Below are positions 14,201-34,361 of a stretch of 64,000 nucleotides of DNA, one piece after another. A program made the translations under genes and the position numbers. The notes below the pieces were generated by a model. The model saw only the letters and a list, made by a program, of their open reading frames with translations, was not told the DNA's origin and made no database searches. This DNA comes from Antedon mediterranea (Eukaryota; Animalia; Echinodermata), in assembly GCF_964355755.1 (NCBI RefSeq), contig NC_092672.1, positions 32,618,437 through 32,682,436 of the forward strand. The letters are read 5' to 3'. Within the stretch, counting starts at the first letter, position 1. Each line of letters opens with the position of its first letter.

Positions 14201-16940
14201 TTTTTTCGAGGGGGCTGTTTATTCAACGTGGGGCGCTTATTCAAATAAATATGGTAATCAGATTTTAATGAAATATTCAAAAGTAAAATTTATTTTCTTA
14301 CTGTAAACATTCTTAACTCCGTTTGCAAGGAGATGTTCAATATATGGATCAATTTTTTCAAGAGCCAATTCTCTAAAAAAAAATAATTTAAAAATACATC
14401 AATTGATATTGAATATACAATATAGAATGTTTGAGATGCTACATGCAAATGTCCAACAATCAATATCGGATCACTCTAGCTGCACCTGATTCATCATAGC
14501 AAAATTCTGTAATACAGCAATACATGTGTTTCACATGGATCGCCTAATCACTCTTAACATAACCATATGGTATACAGGTATATGGAATTTTCCTACAACA
14601 CTGGGTAAATGTTGTTGTACTGTATGTGGAGATACAGCTCTGAGAATTGGGTACTAGCTGTAGCCATTATTTTTCTTTTGTGTGGAGAGTAGGAGATTAG
14701 TTTTTTATCATTAGTAGGTGATAAAGTACAGTACAGTACCTTTATTCCTCCATTGCCACAACAGTCAAAGAGTTTCAAAAACTTCAGTCAATACATTTAC
14801 ACAACCCTTAAAACTGCACTCCTTTTTGTATTCTAAGGGATCATGTCCAAATATTCTACTGCAGTTACTGCAATAATTGCATTTTTTTCCTCCAAAAACA
14901 TGATGTTATATTGTTTCAATTTAGGAGTTTATAAGTCAGTGTGTATGATTACACAAAAGGGGCTTGCTAAATAATAATAATTATTTATTGGAAAACTTCA
15001 CTTTTACAACAGTGGCACACTTTGATGATAAAGGTGCGTCCAAGTAAAAACTTAAAATGAAACAAAATAAATGTTGTGTGAAATACAGCATACAAGAATA
15101 AATAAAATTATTAACTTAAAAATAGAATTTAGCGTGAAATACAAAACGTTAGGCATACACTAATAAAAATAATAAAAAAAAATTAAAATGAAACCAAAAT
15201 AAATAAAAATGAATGAATGAATAATCAGAAACTGAGTTATGATAAGCAAATTGTGAACCCCTTTTGGTTTGTGTTACTGGATGTACTATGATGACCATTG
15301 AAAGACTGATTTGTGGACTAAATGATATATTTTAGTAACTTGTTTGGTTTGTGTTACTGGATGTACTATGATGACCATTGAAAGACTGATTTGTGACTAT
15401 GACATATTTTAGTAACTTGTATGGTTTGTGTTTACTGGATGTACTATGATGACCATTGAAAGACTGATTTGTGGACTATGACATATTTTAGTAACTTGTA
15501 TGGTTTGTGTTTACTGGATGTACTATGATGACCATTGAAAGACTGATTTGTGGACTATGACATATTTTAGTAACTTGTTTGGTTTGTGTTATACTATGCT
15601 TTTTTTTCCTTTTTTTTTTTCTTTGATAAAGTTTTTTAAATATTTAATGTCAACTTCATCACTGTTTACTGGATGCAATAAAGGAGAAAGAAATAGAAAT
15701 AGAAATAAAAGGCATATATAAATAAAATTAATTTCATGGAGTAAGTGTATGTAATACACAACACTAAAGCTTTATGCCTTATTATTTTAAGATATGTTTG
15801 TTTTTAAGATACTGTACTTAAAAACTTGTCAACATTATTACAAGTTGAAGAGTAAAGAAATGTAGTTATTGCAGTGTAACTGCAGTAGAATAATTTGAAT
15901 AAAAGATGCTTTATTTACCCATCACTATCAAAAGGTGTAAACGGTGCTGCAACAACTCCTGTTATTTTGAAATCTTTTAAATCCTAAAAAAAAAAAAACT
16001 TTGCGAGGTCACTCCTTCTTTCATAGTTTTAAAGGCAATTTCCAGGAGAAATTTTTTGGGGAGTTAAGGGGTGAGATGTTGGGGTCAAGGAGTGAGCTAT
16101 TTGGGGTCAAGAGATGGAATATTTGTGGAGGGGTGGGGTGTGCCAATTGATAAGTTATTGGGGGATCAAGGGGTGAGATGTTGGGATCAAGGAGTGAGCT
16201 ATTTGGGGTCAAGAGGTAAAGTGTTTGTGGAGGGGTGGGGTGTGCCAATTGATTAGTTATTGGGGGGTCAAGGGGTGAGATGTTGGGGTTAAGGAGTGAG
16301 CTATTTGGGTCAAGTGATAAAATATTTGTGGAGGGATCACGTTTGTAGAGGCTTAGATTAGAGGGAATCTAGAAAAATATATTGTAGTTAATGTGGTGGC
16401 TTAAATTAAAACAAAAACAGATGTTAAAAATCTCACGGATAAAGAGACTCCGAAATAAGCCTACATGATATTAGTTGATTCAAAACTACAAGGTTAAAAC
16501 AATTCAACATATGGAATATGATACAAACTAACTTTTGAATGGCGTGAACATTTATTACTCACTACAATGTTTTCAATGTTTAAGAAAAATAAATACATTC
16601 TTTATAGAAAGATGATCCATATAATAGATAAAACAATAGTTAATTTCATCACTTCTTTTTAGTATGTTTTAAGCTCTTTCTATACTATAAAAAAAAAATG
16701 TGCCCATATATGGACATGATGATATCATAAATAGTACCATATTTGGGCACGTATCACACTTTTTGTCAAACTAGTTTCATATTTTAGACAGAGCTTCAGC
16801 AGGCCCTAGGTCCTCCAAAATCCTGCAACTGTTTCAGAATAATCATTGCAAAATAATAATATTCTTTTAAAGATAATATTCTTTTTTCCTAATAATATTC
16901 TAATATAAAAATCAATGACCAAACTTACCTGAGATCCCAT
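2206..16940 (-). CDS. NPL: N-acetylneuraminate lyase (DHDPS/NAL family), spliced, about 308 aa
   Basis: GT-AG exons in phase: 16929-16940, 15919-15983, 14302-14372, 14038-14125, 13199-13256, 11666-11741, 11185-11277, [9953-10095 or 9321-9463], 6851-6897, 5973-6057, 5529-5568, 2206-2354. Total 927 nt. Motifs seen: [34 protein letters not shown] (Schiff-base Lys), YGRDE, GGVGSTYN, GPPRHPL. Confidence 0.93.
2464..5252 (-). mobile_element. 5'-truncated, frameshifted non-LTR retrotransposon (CR1/L2-like LINE ORF2: APE endonuclease + RT)
   Basis: APE motifs [26 protein letters not shown] (4569-5252). RT motifs KSPGPD, NYRPISL, QHGF (3812-4642) and [19 protein letters not shown] (2702-3790). (TAA)n 3' tail at about 2464-2483. 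Confidence 0.93.
6123..6425. mobile_element. partial TTAA-bounded (Kolobok-like) non-autonomous element
   Basis: Starts ttaaagatatattgtc; similar to 29645-29995 and to the reverse complement of 34940-35214. Confidence 0.55.
7315..9020. mobile_element. foldback element with inverted minisatellite arms (ggacaactacccccc)
   Basis: Array at about 7330-7610 and its reverse complement at about 8765-9015; flanked by the direct repeat tttaaaccagag at 7303-7314 and 9021-9032. Confidence 0.75.
8232..8699. mobile_element. MITE with 9-bp TSD (Mutator-like) and internal tatacgaaaagggagacc repeats
   Basis: TIR gggtgtttcgaaactagagacccgagaccagaga; TSD gttaaaaac at 8223-8231 and 8700-8708. Confidence 0.85.
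9321..9463 (-). CDS. NPL: NPL alternative catalytic exon B (143 nt)
   Basis: ttcag acceptor and gttcgt donor; same length and phases as exon A; encodes [47 protein letters not shown]. Confidence 0.82.
9672..9940. repeat. about 31-bp tandem repeat between NPL exons A and B
   Basis: Unit resembles agattagattagtagattatgataaaacatg, roughly 8 imperfect copies. Confidence 0.85.
9953..10095 (-). CDS. NPL: NPL alternative catalytic exon A (143 nt)
   Basis: tgtag acceptor and gtagac donor; encodes [47 protein letters not shown]. Confidence 0.88.
12831..13072. repeat. 19-bp minisatellite
   Basis: Unit atggtgtgacctttcctcc, about 13 copies. Confidence 0.9.
13682..13975 (+). mobile_element. tRNA-derived SINE with CORE-like centre and L2-like tail
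   Basis: A box tggcgcagggtg and B box ggttcgaatcc; CORE-like tgtatccttagggaagatacttt...ctctccacccaggtgtgtaaatg; tail agcgcttagag...agcgctatataag. Confidence 0.75.
15262..15590. repeat. about 80-bp tandem repeat, 4 copies
   Basis: ggtttgtgttactggatgtactatgatgaccattgaaagactg is repeated. Confidence 0.9.
16066..16335. repeat. about 100-bp G-rich tandem repeat, about 2.6 copies
   Basis: aaggggtgagatgttggggtcaaggagtgagctatttgggg is repeated three times. Confidence 0.85.
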
Positions 16941-17608
16941 TGTGTGATGTGGCAAGATCTACAATACAATGTTAAAAAAAAACCAATTAATAGCTGTAAA
17001 ACAGAAACAGACCACAAAAATAATCAAATAAGCAATTCTTAGCGAAAATAGTGACACAGTTGATTAATTATCATATTGTGTATTCACAAAGCACCACAAA
17101 CAAATCACAACACCTCACTAAAGGCTAAAGCAACACAGTTGAATTCAAAGTGCAGCATATTTTTCCACTAATCACCACAAACAAAATTAATAAGCAGGCT
17201 ACATCACCTTTACTATAATATTAGGATTAAATATGAACTGTGAAAAAGCCTGTTTTTACCTGTAGGAATAATGAGTGCATACTAATTACTGGCAATTTAT
17301 TGATGTCCATATAAATACATACTGTATCAGGACATTTTTTAGTTTATCAAAAATATCAAGGGAGAAATTTCATTTTATTTTATCGTCGGGAGAGCGAGAT
17401 TACTCGAGAACTATAACTTGGCTTACACAAATACTAAAGTTTGCGTTAAAAAAATGTTAATGCCTTTATCGATAGCAAGAAAGACAATGGCCTTCAAATA
17501 AAATAAATAATTGTCAATTTTGGCGTACCATGGTTTTGGGCGTTCCATACTTGGCGACCGAAAAATCGGCAGCAGCAGCGTACACGTTTTGTATGGTATA
17601 CTTTCCAG

Positions 17609-18236
17609 GAATACAGATCACTCCGGCCGCGCTTAAATCCGGCCGCGATTCTTTCCGGCCGGAGCTATGGAGCGCCCAATGAGTCTTTTACAACCGAGAC
17701 ACGTTTTTTGTAGAGAATCAAAATAAACAATAATTAGACGTGACGGATATTTGATTTGAAATAAATTAACTAATATTTTACATATTGTTATTAACTATAT
17801 TTAGTAAGTATGGGTACTGGCAAGATAAAGTGTTATAAAAATAAGGTTTTTAACTAATTTTTAATGTCAATGTAAAGCTATAAAATGTACATAGAAAGAA
17901 ATTAAATTAGACGGGTATTTGATTATTTGAAAAGAAAAAGTTAAGTTTAGTTTGAAAGAAAAAGCAGTTCCTTCTTTGAATGTTAATGAAAAAAGTAAAA
18001 TTGTTGCTAATAAATATTCAACTCGTTCCATTTAAATTCTTTTTTCTTTTAATTCTTTTGGTCACCAAGAATTTGTTATAACACTGAACAGTATAGAAAA
18101 CGTAGATATGGGCGCTCCATACTAACGGCCACTTTGCACAGGGGAGTCAAATTGAATAGCGGCCGGAGTGCATAACATCGCGCTAAACTGCTGATACGGC
18201 GGCCGGAGTGAAGCGCGGCCGGAGTGATCGGCTTCC
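17609..18236. mobile_element. MITE with 8-bp TSD in the NPL/SLC35E2 intergenic region
   Basis: Inverted repeats gatcactccggccgcgctt / aagcgcggccggagtgatc; direct repeat ctttccag at 17601-17608 and 18237-18244. Confidence 0.75.
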
Positions 18237-19477
18237 CTTTCCAGTAATCAGTATGGTCATCAAAATCGGTCATTTAATTAATGTCAATGTTTCTAATACT
18301 TACAGTATCAAAAAAACAAATATCTGTGTTAAAATGTGCAATTGGTAACAACTATCTCTAATGTATCCGTCTGTAACGCTGAAATGATGATTAGTTTAAA
18401 AATCGATGGTCCCACTGCCTGCACTCTGTGAAGTCTTTCTAGTCTGTGCAGGCTTTATGGAAAACATGCAACATAAACAACAATAACTGTTGATTACGTC
18501 ATAATCCTCAGACTTTATTATTGCGGTTTGTTTTGTGTTGCTTGATTGGTCACGGGAAACCTACGCATAATTATTAATGATAATATTAACTTTGAATGAA
18601 ACATCATGGAGGACGTATACCTATTAAATAAATAAACTAATTGATTTAAAATCATAGATGCGTGCCGCTGAAATTGTTCTTTAAATTAAAAAACGTTGAT
18701 TGATTATGTTTTGGTTGTAGCTTAACATAGAGGGGGCTATAATCAAAATAATGTACACGTTGATGGTTGGTGGCACGACGGCAGCTAGCAGCAGTCGTGG
18801 TTTTGTAATCTCTGGTGGCTGTACTTTTTCACACGTTAAACGGACACGAGTTGCTTCGCCTGGGCTGGCTCGACTCGGATGTTGCTTTCATGGCCTAAAA
18901 AAAACCCATTCTATAGGCCTAGTAGAGATGTGTGCTACCTAGACTAAGTTTTCTCTTATATTCTTAAGCCTATAATTTGTACGATTATTTGGTTATCAGG
19001 TAACTGATTCAGTGAAGAATAATTTGTTAATGCATGTGTTTTTTGTCAGGCCGGAGAGCCTAAAAAAAAGGCCGGCGCCAAAAGGCCTACCTAGTAGCTA
19101 GGGCTCTAGCTAGTTTTCTAGAGGAGGGGCCTGTGTGTGTACTTAGGCTTTCCATAGCCTAGCCCACAGGTAGTGTAGTATGCTAGGCCTAGCTAACCAA
19201 GTAAGTAAGGTAGGGTAATAGTTGACGCTCTCGAAATAGTCAAATCATACCTTCTCGCAACGAGTAATAAACCATTGGAACAGTTATACCAGCCAATGTT
19301 GTCAATTCTGAGACCACTATTCTAACACCTTCAAGAAACGCATCGACACAATGTAGTTGATATAGGGTTAAAAAGGCATCGCCTAAACTTTCCTAAACTA
19401 AACTGATTAAAATTTTTATTCTTTTGCCAACAGTTTCTTGAGATCCTTTTTTTAAAATAAATATTTTTTCAGAGTAA

Positions 19478-27591
<8,114 letters not shown>

Positions 27592-28239
27592 TTTTAAAAA
27601 TTTCAGGTTTTTTGAAACTTTATTTATAAGAACAATTTAAATTTTGTTATGACTACTAAGTGATATGCAATACTATGGTAATGTTTATTGATTTCAATTC
27701 TTTCTTGATTGTCTCTGTTTTTAGGGGTCTGCATGCATTTATTTTAGGAAGGAGGGTGGGTTTGAGAGGTTGTTCGGCTGTAGTAATTTGTGTTACTATG
27801 TAATAGGAATTCATAATAACTTTCTTGGGTTATCCTCAGTTCATTCAGTTAAAATTGTTTTCTGTAAAATTGAATGAACTGAATTAAAATGAAATGAAAT
27901 GAAACGTATCAATAACCAATTATAGGTTAATTTGAATTCTTTATCAAGACTTGGCAGGTGCCATCTCTTCCCACCCAGCTTCATTGTGCACATGCCCCGT
28001 GTATTACCTCTTAACTACAGTACTTATCCAACGAGTTCTAAATAACTCGCATTTTAAACAGTTTTATGAAAATATATCTATATATTTTTTTTTCATATAT
28101 TTTATATTTACATTTTTGAGTTATAGTTTTATTTATATGCCTGGAGTGTCGACAATCTCAACCTCAGGTTCCTGATTTGAATTAATTCAGATTTCTTGCA
28201 CAACAAATCTGTTTGGTCAAATGCAAGACCGATTCTTAT

Positions 28240-28470
28240 TCGCTGTACAATATGTCTATCTTGCATATAGAATCAACAGCTGAAGTCTCATCCGAAGGGC
28301 AGTGGTTGAAATTCTGAACTAGGAATTATTGCATTAAAATAACAGGCAGATCAACTTTGTGGACAATTTTAAGATCAATATTTATTAACTGATATGTCTC
28401 TTTACAATATGTCCATGTATATGGAACCAACAGCTGAATATCTCATCCGAAGGACGGTGGATAATACTTT
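28240..28470 (-). repeat. two degenerate SINE-like fragments (Deu-domain-like ccttcggatgaga motif)
   Basis: aacagctgaa...tctcatccgaagg occurs twice (about 28275 and 28430). Confidence 0.35.
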
Positions 28471-29644
28471 GGATCTTGAATTACCGCATGAAATTTTGAA
28501 ACATTAACTTGCTGGGCAAGTGTAACAAAACATTAATGTCTTAATCAATGGTATACCTCAATTAATGTTTTCAATATTTTATTGTTTAATTTATTATTCT
28601 TTTTTGCATGTATGGACAATCATTGATGCACGGTTGACGGTATATTTTCAATAGGGTGCCGTTTACAGAAACAATTTAGAAACATATTTGTGACTTTTGT
28701 AAAAATGATTTATTATATTCTCTGTGTATAAATACAAAATATATTTGTATAAAAGATTTTAGTAAACTTAATATAAATACCGGAAAACAATGCATGTTAG
28801 GCGACTATACAGAATTATGTGAACTATATAACATGATTATAATATTAAAGTATAATAAATAATATGTTTTAATATTAAATGATTTGAAAAGAGTTGCACA
28901 GTTGAATTGTCCTTCTTATCATTGTTTACCATTAATTTTTTTTTTTAAAACCATATTTAATGAGGGTGATCCATCCAGCTATTGCTGATCATTAGGGACC
29001 CTCAGAGGTTCACAAGATGCTCTACATAAACAAATTCTTATTACAAGTCTTTGGGAGTGAAGTAATTTGGTACTTAGAAAAAATCCTGACATGTGATGGG
29101 ACTTGGACCTTGGAGTGGTAGCCAGGCATCATAACCACCAAGCCACAACTTCACTCATTATTAGGACTAGATTATTTACTAGCACACAAGGGGCTATATA
29201 TTCCCCTTTTAAAAACCTTTCAGGGCTATATTATACCTGTGACTGAAAAAATGCTTAACATTTTTATTTCAATCATTCACAGCAGATCAGTCTTGGTTTA
29301 AGTTTCATGCATGAGTGATTTTTCTATAGCGCCCTCAATTTTTATTGAAGATTTAGGCCTAGTACTGTACTATTTTTTTGCCAAAGAATTCATATTTAGA
29401 CCTATATATATCATACAAAAATCAGCTAAAATTTTATTTAAAAAAATGTATATATCTGACCAGCCCTGTTTTTTAATTGATGATGTGCTTATTTACTAAC
29501 GTGTATTCACAAAACAAAAATATGCGTAAACAAAAGTTCAGATACAAAGTTGAAATAGGCCTAACATTATTATGATCATTGTGTTTATGGCTTCCCACAG
29601 AATACATTGGAACTGTTTCATATTGATACCCATAACATACTCTC

Positions 29645-29995
29645 TTAAAGATATATTGTCCCCAACAAAAATGTTTATTTTTAAATTTTTGTTTAATATG
29701 CCATTTTAATGTCACATATTAGTTATCAACCTTGACCAAAAATTGGATTGAAAAAAAATTGATTTACCTGAAAAAACTTTAATTTAAAGCAAAAAAAATA
29801 GTAAAATTGGCTGCCAGCCAATGGGATTTGGTTTAATTTGAAAACCTTATTTTTCCTGTTTTTTTTCTACATAAGTGATTAACTTTATTAACAAAATAAC
29901 CTATTCAAAGTCTGATTTAATGAATCTTATAGTCATGTTTTTTTTTTTGGGGGGGGGGGGGATGGAGGAGGGGGGGGGGGGAAATACATCTTTAA
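29645..29995. mobile_element. TTAA-flanked (Kolobok-like) non-autonomous element
   Basis: Termini ttaaagatatattgtcccc and gggggaaatacatctttaa. Confidence 0.6.
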
Positions 29996-30829
29996 GCCTA
30001 GCTTTTGACTTCAACGTTGAATATTGAGTTTCTTGAATATTTAGTTAATTTCAAATGTTTCTTAAATACTCAACGAACAAACCTGGTTAATACTATTAAT
30101 AAATCAAGTAATTTTTGTTGACAACAAATGTTACACTAATACCAATATTTTAATGGAAAACCTGTAAAGTAGCCTACAGTTGGTGTGAAATGTTTTCATA
30201 ATTCTCATCTTTATGTTTTTATCAATCTGTTATTTTTTTTTCATTTCAGGAAGAATGTGTTACAAGATTGAAGAATGATTGATAAACTACCAAATCTTAA
30301 TAACATTTCAAAATTGATTTCTAAGATTAAAAAAATACGGCAAATGGTCTATTGTTTTAATAACTAGATAAATAAATACATGGTTTCAAATTGTATATAT
30401 TGAAATTATTAAAATGTACAAAATATGGGAAATTTTTAATGTAATGGAATTACCTTGTCCGATAAGACTACCAACAGAACCATGGAGCAGGTGAGGCTTG
30501 ATAAGATATTACGGCGATGGATTACGGTTCCTCTGCACTGTCTTGACCGCTCGTAACACAATTATAAAAAGGTTTTTTTAACATTATTCACTGCAACGGT
30601 GCTGCTGGCCAGGTTTGCTTACAATGTTGATTATCTATGTATACCATTAGAAATCGGAGACATTTGGAAGTTACTAGCTGTAGAGGAATGTCCATTTGCT
30701 TCAGACTTTGCTTGTCTTGTTATCAATACAAATGTTAATTGGAATGTTGTTGTCATGTATGCCGTTGTTACAGTACTGGTATGATCTACACTAGTACAGT
30801 AGTAGATGGATCATTTGTTGGTAGTTGTA

Positions 30830-32870
30830 TGTTTATGGTCTTTTGTTGGCAATGTGGTGGTCTTTCAGAAATTTGTTGGTAAGATGGTGGACTTGGTTGC
30901 CAATTTGGTGGTCTTTTGTTGGCAATTTGGTGGTCTTTCTTGCCAATTTGGTGGTCTTTGGTCATTTGTTGGCAATCTGGTGGTCTTTGTTGCCAATTTG
31001 GTGGTCTTTCGGTCAATAATTGTTACCAATTTTGTGGTCTTTCGCTCATTTGTTGCTAATATGGTGGTCTTTCGGTCTTTTGTTGGCAATGCGGTGGTAT
31101 TTGTTGCCAATTTGGTGGTCTTTCGGTCATTTGTTGGTATGATGGTGGACTTTGTTGCCAATTTGGTGGTCTTTTGGTCATTTGTTGCCAATTTGGTTGT
31201 CTTTCGGTCATTTGTTGGCAATGCTGTGGTCTTTGTTGCCAATTTGGTGGTCTTTCGGTCATTTGTAACCAATTTGGTGGTCTTTTGGTCATTCGTTGCC
31301 AATATGGTGGTCTTTCGATCTTGTGTTGGCAATGCGGTGGTCTTTCGGTTAGTTGTTGGTATGATGGTGGACTTGGTTGTCAATTTGCTGGTCTTTTGGT
31401 CATTTTTTGCCAATTTGGTGGTCTTTTGGTCATTTGTTGGCAATGCTGTGGTATTTGTTGCCAATTTGGTGGTCTTTCGGTCATTTGTAACCAATTTGAT
31501 GGTCTTTCGGTCATTCGTTGCCAATATGGTGGTCTTTCGGTCTTGTGTTGGCAATGCGGTGGTCTTTCGGTTAGTTGTTGGTATGATGGTGGACTTTGTT
31601 GTCAATTTGCTGGTCTTTTGGTCATTTTTTTCCAATTTGGTGTTCTTTTGGTCATTTGTTGGCAATGCGATGGTCTTTGTTGCCAATTTAGTAGTTTTTT
31701 TGTCATTTGTTGCCAATTTAGTGCTCTTTCGGTCATTTGTTGGCAATGCGGTGGTGTTTCGGTCATTTGGTGGTCTTTCGGTCATTTGTTGGCAATGATG
31801 TGGTGGTCTTTCAGTAATTTGTTGCCAATGTCGTGGTCTTTCGGTCATTTGTTGGCAATGTGGTAGTCTTTGTTGCCAATTTGTTGGGTTTTCGGTCATT
31901 CGTTGGCAATGCGGTGGTCTTTGTTGCCAATTTTGTGGTTTTTGTTGCCAATTTGTTGGGTTTTCGGTCATTTGTTGGAAAAGCGGTGGTCTTTGTTGCC
32001 AATTTGTTGGGTTTTCAGTCATTTGTTGGCAATGCGGTTGTCTTTGTTGCCAATTTTGTGGTTTTTGTTGCCAATTTGTTGGGTTTTCGGTCATTTGTTG
32101 GCAATGCGGTAGTCTTTGTTGCCAATTTGTTGGTTTTTCGGTCATTTGTTGGCAATGCGGTGGTCTTTGTTGCCAATGTTGTGGTTTTTGTTGCCAATTT
32201 GTTGGGTTTTCGGTCATTTGTTGGCAATGCGGTAGTCTTTGTTGCCAATTTGTTGGTTTTTCGGTCATTTGTTGGCAATGGGGTTGTCTTTGTTGCAAAT
32301 TTTGTGGTTTTTGTTGCCAATTTGTTAGGTTTTCGGTCATTTGTTGGCAATGCGGTAGTCTTTGTTGCCAATTTGTTGGTTTTTCGGTCATTTGTTGGAA
32401 ATGCGGTGGTTTTTGTTGCCAATTTGTTGGGTTTTCGGTCATTTGTTGGCAATGCGGTTGTCTTTGTTGCCAATTTTGTGGTTTTTGTTGCCAATTTGTT
32501 GGGTTTTCGGTCATTTGTTGGCAATGCGGTGGTCTTTGTTGCCAATTTGGTGGTCTTTCGGTCATTTGTTGCCAATTTGGTGGTCTTTGTTGCCAATTTG
32601 GTGGTCTTTCGGAAATTTGTTGCCAATTTGATGGTCTTTCGGTCATTTGTTGGTAATGCGGTGGTCTTTTGGTCATTTGTTGGCAATGCGGTGGGTTTTC
32701 GGTCATTTGCTGGCAATGTGGTGGTATTTTGGTCATTTTCTGGCAATGCGGTGGTATTTGTTGCAAATTTGGTGGTCTTTCGGTCATTTGTTGCCAATTT
32801 GGTGGTCTTTCTGTCATTTGGTGGTATGATGGTGGTCTTTGTTGCAAATATGGTGATCTTTCGGTTATTT
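30830..32870 (-). repeat. coding minisatellite of 21- and 30-nt units (QQMTERPPNW / QQRPPHC)
   Basis: Units such as tttgttgccaatttggtggtctttcggtca over about 2 kb. Confidence 0.92.
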
Positions 32871-33879
32871 GGTAGGTAAGTGGTTGGCCAACGGAAGTAT
32901 ATTGTTGCCTAATGATGTTGGAATTTCTCCAGTCACTACATGAATTGTAAATTGAACCAGACGACGTGCCTTGTGAATATTGTACAGGTATCTGAGCACT
33001 CTTTCGCCATAACATACATTTTACTCGTAGATTACGCTGTGACCTGAAGTCAAACAATTGGGACAACTCTTTTATAGATTGTTCTGCCATGGGTAGCTGA
33101 TACTGATTCTCTTCACCTCGATCAATAGTAGCAACCTCAAAAAAGTTGGCCTGTCGAGCAACAGAACTAAAAAACTCTGTGTTTCCACCTTTTGAATTTC
33201 CCAAATAGAATAGATAGGCACCGGGTTTAGCATGGTTTAGTAGGTCTCTGAGTGTCTCTTGTGAACGAGGTAGTGCCTTTATAGCCGATATAAACTTACT
33301 ACATGTTATAAGATCAGCCTTCGATATTGCTTGTCGGTGGTCATGTAGTATGGACTGACTGACTTCAAAATGAAGATAGTTAGCTGATAGGTTTCTTTGT
33401 TGTTGATTTAAACTTGATTGTAAACAATAAAAAGCAATTTTCCAATCTAGATGTCTATCTAGAACTGTTGCAGTAATATGCATATCTTCGTGACCTTTAC
33501 TGTTGAGAAACATCCTGACACCAAACAAGTCTGTACCGGGTCCTCCACCCAAAGCGCAGACATTCAGACAGCCACGAAGTGAAACATTTTCAAATAGTGC
33601 GTATAAATTACCGTTTTGATAGAATTGTTGTAGACTGTCGAAGATACCATAGCATAATACGGGAAAATAGAGAAACACGTAACAGGCTTGGTACGCAGGG
33701 TCGTCAAAATTTACATCTCCAAGACCATATTTGAGAGAAGGTCCTTCATAGCAATTCAAAAGTTCCTTAATACGGTGTGCCAGTTCATGTTTTCTGTTTG
33801 TATACATTAATATACCGTGTATTCCATGTCTTGTCAGTAGCATAATCGGTTGTCCAAGAACCCAACTATGGCAATCCAT
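30865..33879 (-). CDS. SAM-dependent methyltransferase-like paralogue 1 with Q/P/W-rich repeat tail (tail frame-shifted, possibly decaying)
   Basis: About 295-aa domain (about 33000-33879) with [44 protein letters not shown] and KPGA; followed by 21/30-nt repeats. Confidence 0.8.
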   Translation of the reverse strand: MDCHSWVLGQPIMLLTRHGIHGILMYTNRKHELAHRIKELLNCYEGPSLKYGLGDVNFDDPAYQACYVFLYFPVLCYGIFDSLQQFYQNGNLYALFENVSLRGCLNVCALGGGPGTDLFGVRMFLNSKGHEDMHITATVLDRHLDWKIAFYCLQSSLNQQQRNLSANYLHFEVSQSILHDHRQAISKADLITCSKFISAIKALPRSQETLRDLLNHAKPGAYLFYLGNSKGGNTEFFSSVARQANFFEVATIDRGEENQYQLPMAEQSIKELSQLFDFRSQRNLRVKCMLWRKSAQIPVQYSQGTSSGSIYNSCSDWRNSNIIRQQYTSVGQPLTYQITERSPYLQQRPPSYHQMTERPPNWQQMTERPPNLQQIPPHCQKMTKIPPHCQQMTENPPHCQQMTKRPPHYQQMTERPSNWQQISERPPNWQQRPPNWQQMTERPPNWQQRPPHCQQMTENPTNWQQKPQNWQQRQPHCQQMTENPTNWQQKPPHFQQMTEKPTNWQQRLPHCQQMTENLTNWQQKPQNLQQRQPHCQQMTEKPTNWQQRLPHCQQMTENPTNWQQKPQHWQQRPPHCQQMTEKPTNWQQRLPHCQQMTENPTNWQQKPQNWQQRQPHCQQMTENPTNWQQRPPLFQQMTENPTNWQQKPQNWQQRPPHCQRMTENPTNWQQRLPHCQQMTERPRHWQQITERPPHHCQQMTERPPNDRNTTALPTNDRKSTKLATNDKKTTKLATKTIALPTNDQKNTKLEKNDQKTSKLTTKSTIIPTTNRKTTALPTQDRKTTILATNDRKTIKLVTNDRKTTKLATNTTALPTNDQKTTKLAKNDQKTSKLTTKSTIIPTTNRKTTALPTQDRKTTILATNDQKTTKLVTNDRKTTKLATKTTALPTNDRKTTKLATNDQKTTKLATKSTIIPTNDRKTTKLATNTTALPTKDRKTTILATNERKTTKLVTIIDRKTTKLATKTTRLPTNDQRPPNWQERPPNCQQKTTKLATKSTILPTNF

Positions 33880-34361
33880 TCTTCTTTTTTGTACTTTAAA
33901 ATGTAAATTTCTACTTAAAAATGTTATTTCCTTGTCTATTTTTTAACTCAGTGTATGCCTACCTTTGTAAGTAAACGACAAGTCAATATCACTTTCAGAT
34001 TTCAAAACTGGATTTTCCAAATGTCAGTCACTTCCTGTGCGCCATGTGATTCACTTTTAATTGCCATCAGACTTGATACATCCGCACACAGACAAAGCAG
34101 TTAAAAACAATAAAAATATTCTAGACTTACATAATAATAATAATAATAATAATAATATTTATTAAACAGTTTATAATTATTATCTTCACTTATCAATTGG
34201 TGATTATAATAATGTTGTTGATTCAACCAAGTGTAATGTCTAGTATTAAATAAACAAAATGTATAATATCTAGACTAGATAATTGATTTGAACCCTCTTG
34301 ACACACAATAACGTTGGTCATTTTATGCTATACCCTTACCTACATCAATCTTTCTTGTATT

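Noticed and set aside
30806-32879. Plus-strand hydrophobic ORFs (VVFRSFVAN repeats)
   Set aside because: Antisense shadows of the paralogue 1 minisatellite.
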